From an uncultured Nitrososphaeraceae archaeon (GTDB lineage: Archaea; Thermoproteota; Nitrososphaeria; Nitrososphaerales; Nitrososphaeraceae), in NCBI GenBank assembly GCA_963837175.1, contig CAWIMJ010000021.1, forward strand, positions 1-64,000: a DNA stretch of 64,000 nt, read 5' to 3'. A program made the translations under genes and the position numbers. Positions 33,061-47,548 of this stretch are shown here, one piece after another (the stretch's first letter is position 1; each line of letters begins with the position of its first letter). The notes under the pieces are model-generated. The model had not been told where the DNA came from. It saw only the letters and a list, made by a program, of their open reading frames with translations, and did no database searches.

Positions 33061-33266
33061 AGTGGACAATTTTATGCCGCATTATGCGAGACTATCAGCG
33101 TTTCGGTGATAACATAAATGATGAGATTAAATGCAGAGTATTTGAAAAATTCCTACATTTCGAGAAGTTTGTACGTAAAGTAATTGATAATGAAGAAGAA
33201 CAAGAAACGAAGCTATGGCAAGATGAACCGTGTGAGATAGATGCGATAGATAGGTACTGCAACTGA
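33057..33266 (+). CDS. Hypothetical protein, possibly a continuation of the upstream ORF
   Basis: 4-bp overlap with 32677-33060. Confidence 0.35.
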   Translation: MKWTILCRIMRDYQRFGDNINDEIKCRVFEKFLHFEKFVRKVIDNEEEQETKLWQDEPCEIDAIDRYCN

Positions 33267-33405
33267 GATCACTGCGGTGATTCGTCTATCAACTAGATTA
33301 ATCATCGAATATTGATATTTGCCAAATTTCTATATTTATAAGAGCTGCTAAGAAAATTGCAAATATTACTAAACTTCTATATATTATATTTTAGAAGCTT
33401 ATTTA

Positions 33406-33525
33406 ATGTCATCAGAATCAGACCCTGTGAGTGAGCCCGTCAACCACAAATGTGAGGACTGTGGAAAAGTTTTTCCCACTGCAGAAGAACTTACGATACA
33501 TTATAGAAAGGATCATACAGAGTAA
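33406..33525 (+). CDS. C2H2 zinc-finger microprotein (39 aa), not in the ORF track
   Basis: MSSESDPVSEPVNHKCEDCGKVFPTAEELTIHYRKDHTE; TATA-like run about 25 bp upstream. Confidence 0.88.
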   Translation: MSSESDPVSEPVNHKCEDCGKVFPTAEELTIHYRKDHTE

Positions 33526-34041
33526 TCTAAAAGTGGAGAGTAAGAACAAATTTCTTTGCACCTACCATAAGGTCAAACAACTGACGGCGATTAATCAGTT
33601 ATATGCATTTTGCAAATTCGAGTCCATATATGGGATATAAGCAATTTATAATCATTCGAATGTAACTAAAAAGCGATTAACTCAATTTTATCTAGATCTT
33701 CTAATAAATACACCCATATCAATGATAAAACTTACGTACTATTTTCAAAACACGAGTTATCAATCATCTTCGCTATTAATGGTCTAAGAATAACATACCG
33801 CGTTTGCATATTTTGATGGATAATGGTTCAGGTGAAGTGAAGATAGATAGACACATTACTTGACCCAATATCAATAAGTATTCTATTGATAAGAATAATG
33901 TATATTCCGAAAATGATCTACTAGTTCTACTAATTATTGGAAAACATCTAATATATTATTTTTTTATATATATAACACCATATACCGTAATTTAATATGC
34001 TCCTAAATGGATAAATAAATAGAAGAATAGGAACATATGAC

Positions 34042-35071
34042 ATGACTGTAGAATCAAATACAAATACTGAAACCGCTATAATAGTTAATCCAAAATCTGC
34101 GAGTGGATTGACTGGTAAAAATTGGGACAGCCTCCATTTAATGATTAAAAGGCTTTTTGGTGATAATATTCAAGTTGCTTTTACTGAAAAATCTGGTGAT
34201 GGAACAAGCTTTACAACTAATTTTATCAAAAAAGGATTTAAAAAAATTGTTGCAATAGGGGGGGATGGAACTATAAATGAGGTCGCAAACGGCTTCTTTG
34301 AAGGAGATATCCGAATTCATGGCAATGAAAATAATAACAACGACAATGATTCATTTCTTAACCAAGCAGTACCTGAAGCCAATAAACTCTGATGTAGTCA
34401 TGGCTGTTTTTCCGTGTGGAACAAGAAATGTATTAGTTAAATCACTAGACTTGCCAGCAGAGTTTGGAGAATGTTGTCAAAATTTTGAAGCATGTAAATT
34501 GCAGAAGATCGATGTTGTTAGTGTAAGGGCAACAAATATGGAGGATCATTCAAAAACAGCAATCCGCATTTTTCTCAATGCAGCTGAGATTGGTATCGGT
34601 GCTGAGATTATTGATAAGGCAAAAAAGGTTCGAAATGTGGTTAATAGTCGTCTTATCTCTACAATGACTGGTTTATTTTCAACTGTGCCTGCCTATGAAA
34701 GTAGTCTCTGTGAAATTTCCATCGATGATGGGCATGAAAATATTCTTACAAAGATGACAATGGGTGTCATTGCCAACGGCAAATTTCTAGGGGGAGGATT
34801 TAAAGCAGCGCCAAAAGCGAATATTTCAGATGGATTGCTGGATATTGTCATTCTAAAGGAATCCAGTAATTTAGAGATGATAGAGAATTTTCTCAATATA
34901 AAAGATGGTAATTATACTAATGAGGGCGACGTATTCTATAGACAAGCTAAAAAGGTTGCAATAAAGTCAAAGGAGAATAGAGATATACCCATCACAATTG
35001 ATGGTGAACCAATAGGTATTCTTCCAGCAACCTTTGAAGTTCTTCAAAATGCTCTTACAATTAGAATGTAG
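34042..35071 (+). CDS. Diacylglycerol/lipid kinase family protein (YegS/DgkB-like), +1 break near 34371
   Basis: IVNPKS, GGDGTINEVANG, PCGTRN, GKFLGGG, DGLLD, IDGE spread over two frames. Confidence 0.9.
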
Positions 35072-35554
35072 ATTCTCTATGCAAATCTATTCCTATAATC
35101 GGATTGAAAGAACTGCATTTCATTTTACAAGACCTTCGTGATAAGAATTCTATGATGATGATTTGATACAAGTGATAAGATGAGGAGACACAAACAGATA
35201 GTTACCACCGTGTTATTTTTGCACTTGTGATATCTTATATAAGTGAAGCGTAATCGATTGAATTCACATACTAATATATAGAGAAGTTTGCAACTATTTT
35301 TATATTCATTTTCTATGACTAACTTTAAGCAATATCAATTAGAAATTACTTTTATGTCTACAGATGAATCAAGTTCATTCATCTCTTCATCATCCTAGCC
35401 TTAAGGGCAAACTATTTCATACTGTTCCCTCTTAGCTATGGCTAGATATTTTATTCTCAGATGGTTTATCAAATATTATCTTATATTAGGATTGGATTTG
35501 CCATTCTACCATTACCTTTATACGAGATGAAAAAAGTGAATTAGTTATTCTTAT

Positions 35555-36148
35555 TCACTCAATCTCTACTGAATGAAGCATTTGTTGTATTGTCGGTAAG
35601 TTCTTTGAGAATTTTGGTGCTCCTGCTTCATAAGACAAAATGTACAGTTTATCACCTATTGTAGTCCAAACTTGCATTATATTGAAATTAAATGGCGCAG
35701 AAGGAGATATAGCTGAGAATATGATTTGGTGTGCCGGATTTTTTGCTAATATAAATGGATTTGATTGATTAACTATAAAATTTTGTGATTGATTTAATGC
35801 ACTAACGGTAAAATTAGTGTATTCATCTAAGGATATATTTTGTGAATATCTAATTACTGATAAGGCAACTCGTGCAGGTAATGTATCTGAAAGGTTCTGT
35901 AGTGGTGAGTAAAATGCGACAACATCATTATAGCTTTGAAGAGCGCTGACTGACATTGTCCAATTAGAGGGATACTGCATTTTTATACCTTGGGATGGAT
36001 TTTCATAAGTCAAAAAACCTGATATTGTTGTAGCGTTGGATATAGATGACTGCAATTCTTTTTGGCCCATTGCTTGATGGGCATTACAGAAGATAGTGGC
36101 AGTTAAGATCACTACTAAATAAACTACTATGTAGGATATGTTTATCAA
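35555..36148 (-). CDS. Secreted PsbP-like domain protein
   Basis: FLTYEN...GIKMQYPSNW, KLYILSYEA, LPTIQQMLHSVEI. Confidence 0.85.
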   Translation of the reverse strand: MINISYIVVYLVVILTATIFCNAHQAMGQKELQSSISNATTISGFLTYENPSQGIKMQYPSNWTMSVSALQSYNDVVAFYSPLQNLSDTLPARVALSVIRYSQNISLDEYTNFTVSALNQSQNFIVNQSNPFILAKNPAHQIIFSAISPSAPFNFNIMQVWTTIGDKLYILSYEAGAPKFSKNLPTIQQMLHSVEIE

Positions 36149-37360
36149 TTGCTTTCAGACATTTAGCAACTAAGAGATGGATATAAATGGTTAGTAGGGT
36201 TAAAGACGACGATATAATAACAAATATCGAAAAGAGCAGAATAAGAAGTAACCAGCAATAACAATCATCGTTATTTTATCATCACCAGGATAATAAAATA
36301 AACGATATTATTTTTTGGCATCATATAAACACTCCAAATAGGTTTTAACACTTTAATCATCAATTAGAAATAGTATGTATATTAACAATAATAAGACTAG
36401 AATATAGGTTTGTAGATACTTTTATACCTTTCATCTATTAGAATTCAGCGATCTTCAATCACTAAATATGGATGCCTCGCCACTAACAAGTGCGAATTGC
36501 TGATCTAGTGATGTTAGTTGAATAACCCATCTGGCATATAGAATGCCAATATTCTAGATGGATGGGATCTTCATTCCTTAATCTGTTCGGAATTTAATGT
36601 TATAGATGAGAATATTTTGCCTTCAAGCTCCTCTAAAGGTAATTGATAGACTAGTATTGTCACTTTAAAATGAACCTGCAAATATATCAAGACCCAGCTG
36701 CCATTAATGCAAACATTGATAGAAGAATTATCATAATTAATTTGTAAATGTATGTTAAGATTAAATCGCATACACCATACAATTTAATAGAGAATATCGA
36801 TTAGCCAATCAAGGAATTAGGATATATTACATATGTATCACTGGTCTTCTACAATTGAAGATTATTATTCGAGATCACGTAACAAAAGGTCATACTTATA
36901 TTCAATTGTGTAACAAGAATAAGGATATACCAATATTTACCGGTAGCAGAAAAGGTTAGTGAGTCACTTGAAATAATTAGATAGAACGACCAAAGTCTGG
37001 AGATTAGATAGAAAATCATCCTCAGTGAAAAGTTTGAATCGGGTTGTTAATGAATTCAAACCATACGTCAGAGAGGATAAAATGAAATTTAATAATATTT
37101 AAATCCAAAATTGTAGTAAGTTTTTTGGGACCTGAATACTGTATTGAATATACAAACTTAATTTTTAGTGTAACAATTTTATAGTATTAATTAATCTATT
37201 TTACTACTTTAATATATCTTAACAATGAGGCGATGAAATCCATGTAGCAAGTATTTCTTTCCTTAATAATGACATTATAATTATTCTATATTTCTGAATC
37301 AAAATTTAACATTTAAATCAAGGATATTACTATATCTCATCATCACTAGGCTATTTTGTG

Positions 37361-37424
37361 TTTGACCGACTTATTGACTGATTTGACCGGATAAATGACC
37401 AACTTGACCGGTAACCTTTAAAAG
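37361..37424 (+). promoter_or_regulatory. Array of TTGACC-like direct repeats with 21-bp period, followed by a TATA box
   Basis: TTGACC 37362, TTGACT 37374, TTGACC 37383, ATGACC 37395, TTGACC 37404; TTTAAAA near 37417, ahead of TTG 37452. Confidence 0.65.
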
Positions 37425-37451
37425 CAATGAGTATTTAGGATAGCGGAAAAA

Positions 37452-38793
37452 TTGACTGTGAAAATATCTGAAAGTATAAGACAAACAGTAATACGCTTAT
37501 GGCTTGAGAACAACTCAAGAAAAGATATTGCTATTACTTGTGGAGTAAGTGAAGGTACAGTATCTAACATAGTATCTGATTGGAGACAGAAACTTGGTGA
37601 CGTAGATGTAGAGGCTCTAAGGGAATTAGGAAGTAACCTTAAGAGATGTAGAATAGATGCAGTTCGATGCGCTCAAGGATTTAGGATTTCTATGATTATG
37701 AGAAAAATGGGAATCAATGAAGAATATTTTGAATCATTTATTTCAAAAGCTTATGAACGTTGCCAGAAAGTTGAAGGTTTGACACCAGATAAGATGGGTT
37801 CATACTTGGAAGATTTACTTGAATTTTCTAAAGATGAAGATGATAAATAATAATAATGGTGATGGTAATACTATCAAACTATCAGAAATTCCACATTATA
37901 TTGAGCAGAAGAAAAATGAAAAGAGAATATTAAAACACGATATTGAAAATTTACATAAAGAAAAACAAGAAGCTCAGCAAGAAGCATCATATGCAAATGA
38001 GCTTTGTGATGCAGCTTTAGAGAATGAAAAGACAACCGTTGCTAAACTTAGAGAATATTCGAATTTAAAGGCAGGACTAGAAAAGCATGGACTATCAATA
38101 GAAGAGGATATTTCAAAATTTGTTCGAGTAGTTTATGGAATAAAGCAGTATGGATATGATGTTGATAAGGTATTATCAGATTATTCAGATCAAGAATTTA
38201 AGCAATTAAAACGTGACTTACTTATCAACCAGGTCAAGGAATTGGAAGATAAAAAAACAAGACTTTTGTCTGAATGTTCTTTCCTTGAATCAAAGGTAAA
38301 TCTGCATAGTCAACTACTTTATGTTTATAATGAACTTAAATCGATAGGAGTTGGGCTTAGAGAGTTAAAAATAATAACAAATACAATTAAGGAAATTGCA
38401 GCTGAAAATAATATCATTGACTATAGGTTGGCAATTGATAAATTCTTTGAATTTCTTGAGCAAAGATATGATATAAAACTAAGACAAAAGGTTCTGGATG
38501 AGCAGCAGCAGGAATTGCAGAAATATAATAATAATACTACTGCTAAACCTGATAATCCAAATCGAACATTTCCTCTTTCTCGTAATAACGAGTCTTCTAG
38601 TGTAGCACCAAAGCCGTCTGCATTAGTGAATAGACAAGGAGAACGACAACGAGAAATGCCATCATCGTCAATATCTTATACATATAGTAAGACTACCACT
38701 ATCCACTCCAAAACAACAGCAGAAGAAGAAGACGAGCAGATAAAACCTTATCAGGATGAATGGGATAGATCAGACGATGACCGTAATACATAA
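37452..38793 (+). CDS. N-terminal HTH / long coiled-coil protein, frameshift near 37845
   Basis: SRKDIAITCGVSEGTVSNIV HTH; the overlapping second ORF continues as coiled coil. Confidence 0.75.
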
Positions 38794-39408
38794 TTAAGCC
38801 GAAGAGAAAGAATGGTGTCCTCTTATATTCCTCTACTCTAAGCAATAATGCAATGATATATTTCAATAACAGCTAGCTCATTGACTCTGAATTTTTTCGT
38901 TACCTATCAACAGTGACAATCTGCAATTGATCCTGGTTTTGACAGATGGATAATGGATAAAAAATGAACGACGGCAGGTTGGGATCTGGTTCTATTTCTT
39001 GTTCTTATTTCAATCTTCGCCTATTTATTATACATCTTTTATTAAGAGTCTTATTTGAGGGCCAATAATAATAATTATATTAATGGCATCATGGAATGCA
39101 ACATTATATGCTGTCATATTTGTTTTCACTATTCCTTTCACATGCTGTAATAGTATAATATTCTCAGGCAGGCAGAGAGATAGACATATTTCATCTTATA
39201 AAATATAATTTTTATCGTGCTTGCCTCTGAGGAGAATTTATTTACATCATATACAGTCATGGGATAGCGTCACTTGGCTTAACCAATAAGAGGCTGGTCA
39301 TGAGGTGGCCTTGTCAAATCAAATGTTATATGCTGTATTGATACAGCTTACAGCTTCGCTGCATTCATTTTTCTAATATAGTTTGAAACTGAAAGTCTTA
39401 TTCATCGT

Positions 39409-40458
39409 CTAAAATAAGGCTGAATACACTTTTGGAAGCGAGATGTCATATCTATAGCTTATATTCATATGACCATCATTAAACTCTTCATAATAATGCT
39501 TGATATTCATCTTCCCAAGCTTAGAATGTAGTATCCTTGCACCCCACTGAAGGTTAAACTCATCTCTTGTTCCACAGTCGATGAATATTAATTTGAGCTT
39601 TTTTAGATTATTTCGGTATTTCTCAACCATCCTCACCGGATCCCAAGAAAGCCACCGATTCCAAACTTTTTCTAACATTTCTCCTGTCTCAATATCAAAA
39701 GGTAAATCCACACCCATATTTTCTGAATTAGAATTTGGCGAATAATGAGCTGCCATTGCAAATATATTCAATGGAGGACCATCGCTTTTTTGATGTCGAT
39801 TAGATTTCTTCCAGAATTTTTCAAGCCATTTTTTTGGATTATCACCTGTCGCTCTAAAAGCATCAAGAGCCTTTGGAAAATCTGGAAGATAGCAATATTC
39901 AAAAGCTGCATCTCCAGAATGATCCACTAATCCCTGAAACACTTCTGGATGGCGCATACCCAGCACAAGAGCACCATAACCTCCAGAAGATTTTCCCCAA
40001 ACTGCATGGGAGGAGGTATTATAGGTTTTATCGACAAATGGTACAATTTCATTTATAATATAATCTTCATATCTTCCTGTAGCTGACGAATTAATATACT
40101 GATTTCCTCCAAACCTGGTAAAACAATTGACTAAGACTAAGATCATTGGACCACATTTGCCTTCTGAGATCAATCTATTCATTTGAGCTTCGATGTTCTC
40201 ACCCAGAGGATCAGTATTTAATAATGTTTTTCCATTGCTGCCAAAGCCTGCCAATCCAAACACCGTGATATATCCTTTCGAATAAGACTCTGAATAGCCT
40301 GGAGGAAGATATATTATTACTTCTCTAAAATAAGGATCCTTTAAAGGATTGGATTTAAGAATGGTGCTTTCATGTGTATGAGTTACTACTTTTCCCTTGA
40401 GTCGTTTCAATTTCTCACACAATATCAAATTAATTGGATATATATTGATTGAAAGCAT
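39409..40458 (-). CDS. Putative esterase (Fes/enterochelin esterase-like alpha/beta hydrolase)
   Basis: IYLPPGY, GKSSGGYG nucleophile elbow, IDCGTRDEF, DGH. Confidence 0.9.
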   Translation of the reverse strand: MLSINIYPINLILCEKLKRLKGKVVTHTHESTILKSNPLKDPYFREVIIYLPPGYSESYSKGYITVFGLAGFGSNGKTLLNTDPLGENIEAQMNRLISEGKCGPMILVLVNCFTRFGGNQYINSSATGRYEDYIINEIVPFVDKTYNTSSHAVWGKSSGGYGALVLGMRHPEVFQGLVDHSGDAAFEYCYLPDFPKALDAFRATGDNPKKWLEKFWKKSNRHQKSDGPPLNIFAMAAHYSPNSNSENMGVDLPFDIETGEMLEKVWNRWLSWDPVRMVEKYRNNLKKLKLIFIDCGTRDEFNLQWGARILHSKLGKMNIKHYYEEFNDGHMNISYRYDISLPKVYSALF

Positions 40459-40919
40459 TAGCGGGATAGCCTAATGTAAATTACGGGTAAAATCAAACAT
40501 TTCCTCTTTCAAATAGACAGCAGCAGCATGGCCATAATCCTTTTTATGCATATGCCGCCACCTTGGATGCACTGACAAAAAATACTGCCAAACATTCTTT
40601 ACAGTCATTTGTTGTTCTTCACACAATAATAACTAAAAACGCAATAACCAAAAAAGATATTTTACCTGCTAATGGGAAATAGATGATAAAATTAAAGAGC
40701 AAAAAGTAGTAGCAATATTTGACAACAACAGATAGTAGCAGTAAAAAGAAGCCGTAATCCTATATCCTTTAGTGAAGCTAATTAACAATATCCAAGTTAA
40801 GGCAGTAATAGATAAAGCTAGAATAGATAGACTTAGTCTAGGAGATTAAAATATATATATTGATATTGGAAATGCGAAAGAGATTAATTAGTTAACTTCA
40901 ATTTTATTGTAGACGGGAA

Positions 40920-41171
40920 ATGGTAGATGATAATAATAAAGGTGATTCTGATACAGAATTTGTTGTATTAAAAGTCTATAAATCAGCGATAGATAAATTC
41001 ATTAAAGATTTAAAAGAAACTAAAAGATTAAATCAAAATTACGCACCAAATTATGACCTGATATTAGTTCGTTTCAGGGATATGATAATTGATCTCGGTT
41101 CACATGAAAATCTTAAAAAGGCGATAATATCCACCGATAATACTTCTGTATTGGGAAGAGATGAGTTATAA
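40920..41171 (+). CDS. Hypothetical protein
   Basis: 83-aa ORF with ATG start. Confidence 0.5.
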   Translation: MVDDNNKGDSDTEFVVLKVYKSAIDKFIKDLKETKRLNQNYAPNYDLILVRFRDMIIDLGSHENLKKAIISTDNTSVLGRDEL

Positions 41172-41869
41172 GAGAACTTTTGAAGACATACTGTTTGGGA
41201 TCCGTTAAGAACGTATATGAGAATAGAAAAATGGCAAGAAATGGAAGATGAGATGTATGAAAGACAGAAGAGTTGCAAGATAGTGGCTCACCATAATATC
41301 CACAAAGCATTTTGAAACCATTTCATAAACATAATTATGGATGACCAACACCTAATGTGATTATGATAAAACCCAAATCTGAAGACTAAGAAGATAAGAT
41401 GATGATGGAGATATCTAAGACGGTATAGAATTAATAGCAAAGTTAACGAAACTCATCATCTTCAATTCTAAATGAAATGTACTCTTTATACTGCTGCCAC
41501 ATAGATAATGTGTTATACAACAAAAACATATTCTACTTTTGGTTACAATAAATAACGGGAGAATATTCAAAAGTATAATCCATATATTCCCTAATTTAGT
41601 TTGTCGTTATTTATTTCAATAAAAGATGATAATGAAACTTTTTACTCAATTTACCTCAATTTAACTAATGATCATATATTACTTCACAATGATGTATTGA
41701 CTGATCTATTGCGGATATGTAGGATATATGCAAACTTCCATTTTTCAGTCAATGATCCGCATCATGAGCTATATATTTTTATGATCTTTCTATAAGATCT
41801 TTGAGTATTTCGTCGGTATCAAATATATTATTGCAGATCTAATAAATAGAAGGAGATATATCCTTCAGC

Positions 41870-42403
41870 TTGCAGGATATCTACTTAATAGCAATATATA
41901 TTACAATTGTAGGACCTTCTCTACTGTTAGCTAGAGAAACAAAAACAAGACTTTCAAATCTGAAAAGTGGTTATAAAGCACTCATTTTTTTACCATTAAC
42001 CGTGAGCTTATTGATTAGTTATGTCTTTTTTGTAATGGATTTCTTATCTAAAATTCCAATATTAAATTGGTCTTGGCTTGGCTATAATATTGCCATTGGA
42101 CCGTTTGCTGATCAAGGGATATTTGGTATTTTACCATTTATACCGTTACTTATTTATATGCTAATCCATGTCAATTACTTTGAAGAATTTTATTTTAGGA
42201 AAAATGTAAAGCGGGTAGTCATCTGGGCACTATTGCATATTGTTATGGGCGTTGCTGTATATGTTGTCATTGTTTTGTTTCCTCTCGGTCTTTTTTATCG
42301 ATACATCTTTGACAAGTATAGCATAAATCATGCATATACTCTTCATTTTGTCACAAATCTACTTATTATTGGAATATCAGTTAGTTCATATTTTCTTTTA
42401 TAA
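41870..42403 (+). CDS. Membrane protein with CPBP (Abi/Rce1-like) intramembrane protease motifs
   Basis: EEFYFR, WALLH and HFVTN in the expected order among TM helices. Confidence 0.7.
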   Translation: MQDIYLIAIYITIVGPSLLLARETKTRLSNLKSGYKALIFLPLTVSLLISYVFFVMDFLSKIPILNWSWLGYNIAIGPFADQGIFGILPFIPLLIYMLIHVNYFEEFYFRKNVKRVVIWALLHIVMGVAVYVVIVLFPLGLFYRYIFDKYSINHAYTLHFVTNLLIIGISVSSYFLL

Positions 42404-42728
42404 GACGTATGCTGATAATTTATTACAAAAGAACAGATTACCTGAAGGTTACTATTCGATACAACAGGGCAACAAATCCTTATTTTGTCAAAATTTAATA
42501 CAATATTACCATAAAGAAAAAATGGGTAACAATATGTGATCCTGTTGCATTATCTACTATTTGATTTGATTTCTTAGATATCTAACGCCTTCAAAAGGTC
42601 CCATTGCATCTATAATAATAATAGTACGTTGGCCTTGGTATCTTCACCTCATAGAGACTCTTTTTAGCCATATCATATATTCTTAATTGCTGTACTTGCA
42701 TTATGCGAATATGATTGACATCAGTATG

Positions 42729-42926
42729 CTATATTCGTTTTACTTGGATAAGTTTTGAGCGATGCCAAGGTTTAGTTCTAACTTTTTGATTACACTCTGG
42801 ACATCTCAGAATTTGTTTAGAAAGTTTCAGTCCGCACATAGCACAGTAATTAAAAAAGTTGTAATCAACTCTGCTTCGAATTGGTTTTAATAATTTCGAG
42901 GCGTAATAGTCGGTATGCTCTGGCAT
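42729..42926 (-). CDS. Small zinc-ribbon protein downstream of cdc48
   Basis: YCAMC...RCPECNQKVRTKP; true start is probably ATG 42926 (MPEH). Confidence 0.8.
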   Translation of the reverse strand: MPEHTDYYASKLLKPIRSRVDYNFFNYCAMCGLKLSKQILRCPECNQKVRTKPWHRSKLIQVKRI

Positions 42927-42942
42927 ATTTAATTCCCTGTTG

Positions 42943-45180
<2,238 letters not shown>

Positions 45181-45216
45181 TTAATCTCCCTTACTTAAAA
45201 AAAGTATTGTGGAATG

Positions 45217-45747
45217 TTACTCCACTTTTACTTCTCTACCTTTTAGTTTTGGAGCCTCTTTTAGTTTGAACTTTAACTCCAATATACCATTTGAGTAGGT
45301 TGCCTTTGCAGAAGCATCATCTAACTGAACATTCACAGGTATGTCCGTATGATATTTCTTCTCTGCTTGCTCGGCATGTATAGATACAAATTCATCTGCT
45401 ACATTGACCTTAATGTTTTGCTTTGTTACACCTGGCATCTCAGCTGTAATAGTCAATGTATTTTCCTTTTCATTGATAGCTGTATCTACCATCGGTTCTC
45501 TTATACCAGTCTGCTCTATTAATCCACGAACAGATGGCCGAACATTTCCAAATTCTCTTACCTTTGGTTTGCCATCATGACCTACTGTTATCTGATATCC
45601 GTAGTAATAAGGAAAACTGGCCATAGTAGATGGCTCCATTTCTCGTACCGTTCGGAATATCCTGTTCAACATATCTTCTGCTTCCTTAAATTCCGAGTCG
45701 ATATTTTCTAACATTCCTCTACTAAATTTCCATGGGTCTTTCCACAT
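45217..45747 (-). CDS. hsp20: Archaeal small heat shock protein Hsp20
   Basis: YYGYQITVG.DGKP.VREFGN, AEMPGV.K, ATYSNGILE; AGGTGA Shine-Dalgarno upstream. Confidence 0.95.
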   Translation of the reverse strand: MWKDPWKFSRGMLENIDSEFKEAEDMLNRIFRTVREMEPSTMASFPYYYGYQITVGHDGKPKVREFGNVRPSVRGLIEQTGIREPMVDTAINEKENTLTITAEMPGVTKQNIKVNVADEFVSIHAEQAEKKYHTDIPVNVQLDDASAKATYSNGILELKFKLKEAPKLKGREVKVE

Positions 45748-45763
45748 ATTTGATATTCACCTA

Positions 45764-45785
45764 ACATTATGTAATATATATTACA
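45764..45785. promoter_or_regulatory. Palindromic site in the divergent hsp20/ACT-like promoter
   Basis: Perfect 16-bp palindrome TGTAATATATATTACA (45770-45785) overlapping ACATTATGTAAT. Confidence 0.55.
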
Positions 45786-45811
45786 ATATATATTTTTTTC
45801 GAATTAGCGTA

Positions 45812-46541
45812 ATGTTTATTACTAGACAATACATTTATAACAACATGTATAAAGTGACAGCATCAGTACCACAAGCTATAAGGGAAGTATTATCTTCTAA
45901 CAATCTCTATTTACAATCCCTTAAATCTGGAATTGCTAATTATACTGCTTTAGCACAAAGGATTAAATCTGATGTTGAAACAATTGTAGGCTCCCAAGTC
46001 AATGTAGGTACAATAGTAGTAGCAATCAAAAGATTAGCAGATATATTAGAAAAGGAAAAACTAGCGGAACAAAAGAAATTCATGCCTTCTCATCCTATGA
46101 ATGGGGCTAGAATGTCTCTTACAGGCGAGCATTATTGACATTGATTTTGATCGAGAGCTGAACGAACTTTCAAATATACTAGAAGAGGTATTTGAGAAGG
46201 AAACCGGTTACAATCTTTTTCAGACAAATAAACAACTTCGATTATTCGCAGAAGATATTGATGAAGTTAGAAATATTGTTTCTACTGCTTCAAAAAAATT
46301 CGATTGTAAAATGAAGGAAGGATTATCAAAGATTACGATTAACTTTCCTTCTTCTACTTCTTATGATAATGAACATACTCCATATAACAATCTGCTATCG
46401 TTCATATCAGAGGTTCTATATGATAACCAGATCCCACTTTATAATGCTTTTTTTGCACCCAATGAAACAGTGCTTATATTAAAAAATAAAGATGCTGCTA
46501 GAGCTTATGAATTGTTGAGAGCAAAGATCACAAAGCAGTAG
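45812..46541 (+). CDS. Archaeal protein with an N-terminal helical domain and C-terminal ACT-like domain; +1 break near 46126
   Basis: SLKSGIANYTALA...TIVVAIKR, then GLSKITI...L..NQI...AARAYELL. Confidence 0.75.
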
Positions 46542-46910
46542 TTTTTTTCTTAGTATACAGATGTTGCAATAGATAGATTATAAGATATTTTTGTATTCTA
46601 GACGAAGTCGCAATAATATAATACTACTATTTGTCTAATCCTCATTAAGGGTTTTTACTGTTTCTTCTAATAGTGCTGCAATTTACTAAATATATTTGTG
46701 ACTATAACATTGACGAATTATAAATCTTTCAAATCATCACTTTAGAAACAGCTTGCAGTATAGTTGCCCTTTATGAATGTGAATTTTGTCTTAACCTTTA
46801 CGCCATCATCAATTTAGAAAATAGTGCAGAAGCAGAGAGAAACTCCAACTCTTATAGAGCAATGACTAGGTGAAGCTATTCTAAAGATTCGATCAGAAGT
46901 ATTTACTTTG

Positions 46911-47135
46911 TTATCTGTTTGAGTTTTCTGTTTGAGTTTTTTCCTCTTTTTCTTCCTTGAAGTAATGTCTCATAAGGAATCCGCTTATGGCTACAACTGC
47001 TGCAAGTATAGAAGTAATAATCATTTTGTCTTGGTCCATATTCAATAATGAACCAAGTATGAGTGGAATACCTGCAGATATTATAACTAGTGGTATCCAA
47101 GTAGTGACTAAATCCGTAATCCTCTTCAAGTCCAA
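46911..47135 (-). CDS. Small two-TM membrane protein
   Basis: Two hydrophobic helices, charged tail, GAGGTGA SD upstream. Confidence 0.65.
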   Translation of the reverse strand: MDLKRITDLVTTWIPLVIISAGIPLILGSLLNMDQDKMIITSILAAVVAISGFLMRHYFKEEKEEKTQTENSNR

Positions 47136-47161
47136 TCACCTCTAAATTAAATTGTTGTTAT

Positions 47162-47383
47162 TCAAACTTTGGTATAATGTTTTCGCATATCATCGCCTAC
47201 CTTGTTGATTGAATATCTCAACTGTTCCTCAAACATCCTTTCCATTTCTCTTCTCATATCTTCAAACTCTCTAAATACGTCTCCACCACCATCATCTCTC
47301 CATTGTCCTGTTCTTTGACTGCCTCCTCTACTGCCAAAAAATCTCCTAAACCAATCATTTGGTTCAATACCCCAAAAGATCAT
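47162..47383 (-). pseudogene. Truncated Hsp20 paralog (N-terminal arm only)
   Basis: IEPNDWFRRFFG...FREFEDMRREMERMFEEQ with no alpha-crystallin domain following. Confidence 0.65.
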
Positions 47384-47548
47384 TTGTATAATCAGCTAAG
47401 TTGATCTATGGTTTGTAAATTACATAATAATTTGATACTAATTTACATTGGATTACTACATTATGTTATTAATTTGAATTGGTTACTTTTACATTTTGAG
47501 TTATCTTAATATCGCTAATTACCATAATTTAACTAGATAAAATAAAAC

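Noticed and set aside
33431-33640. 69-aa ORF from the track
   Set aside because: The overlapping frame 33406-33525 encodes a clear C2H2 finger and is the more credible gene
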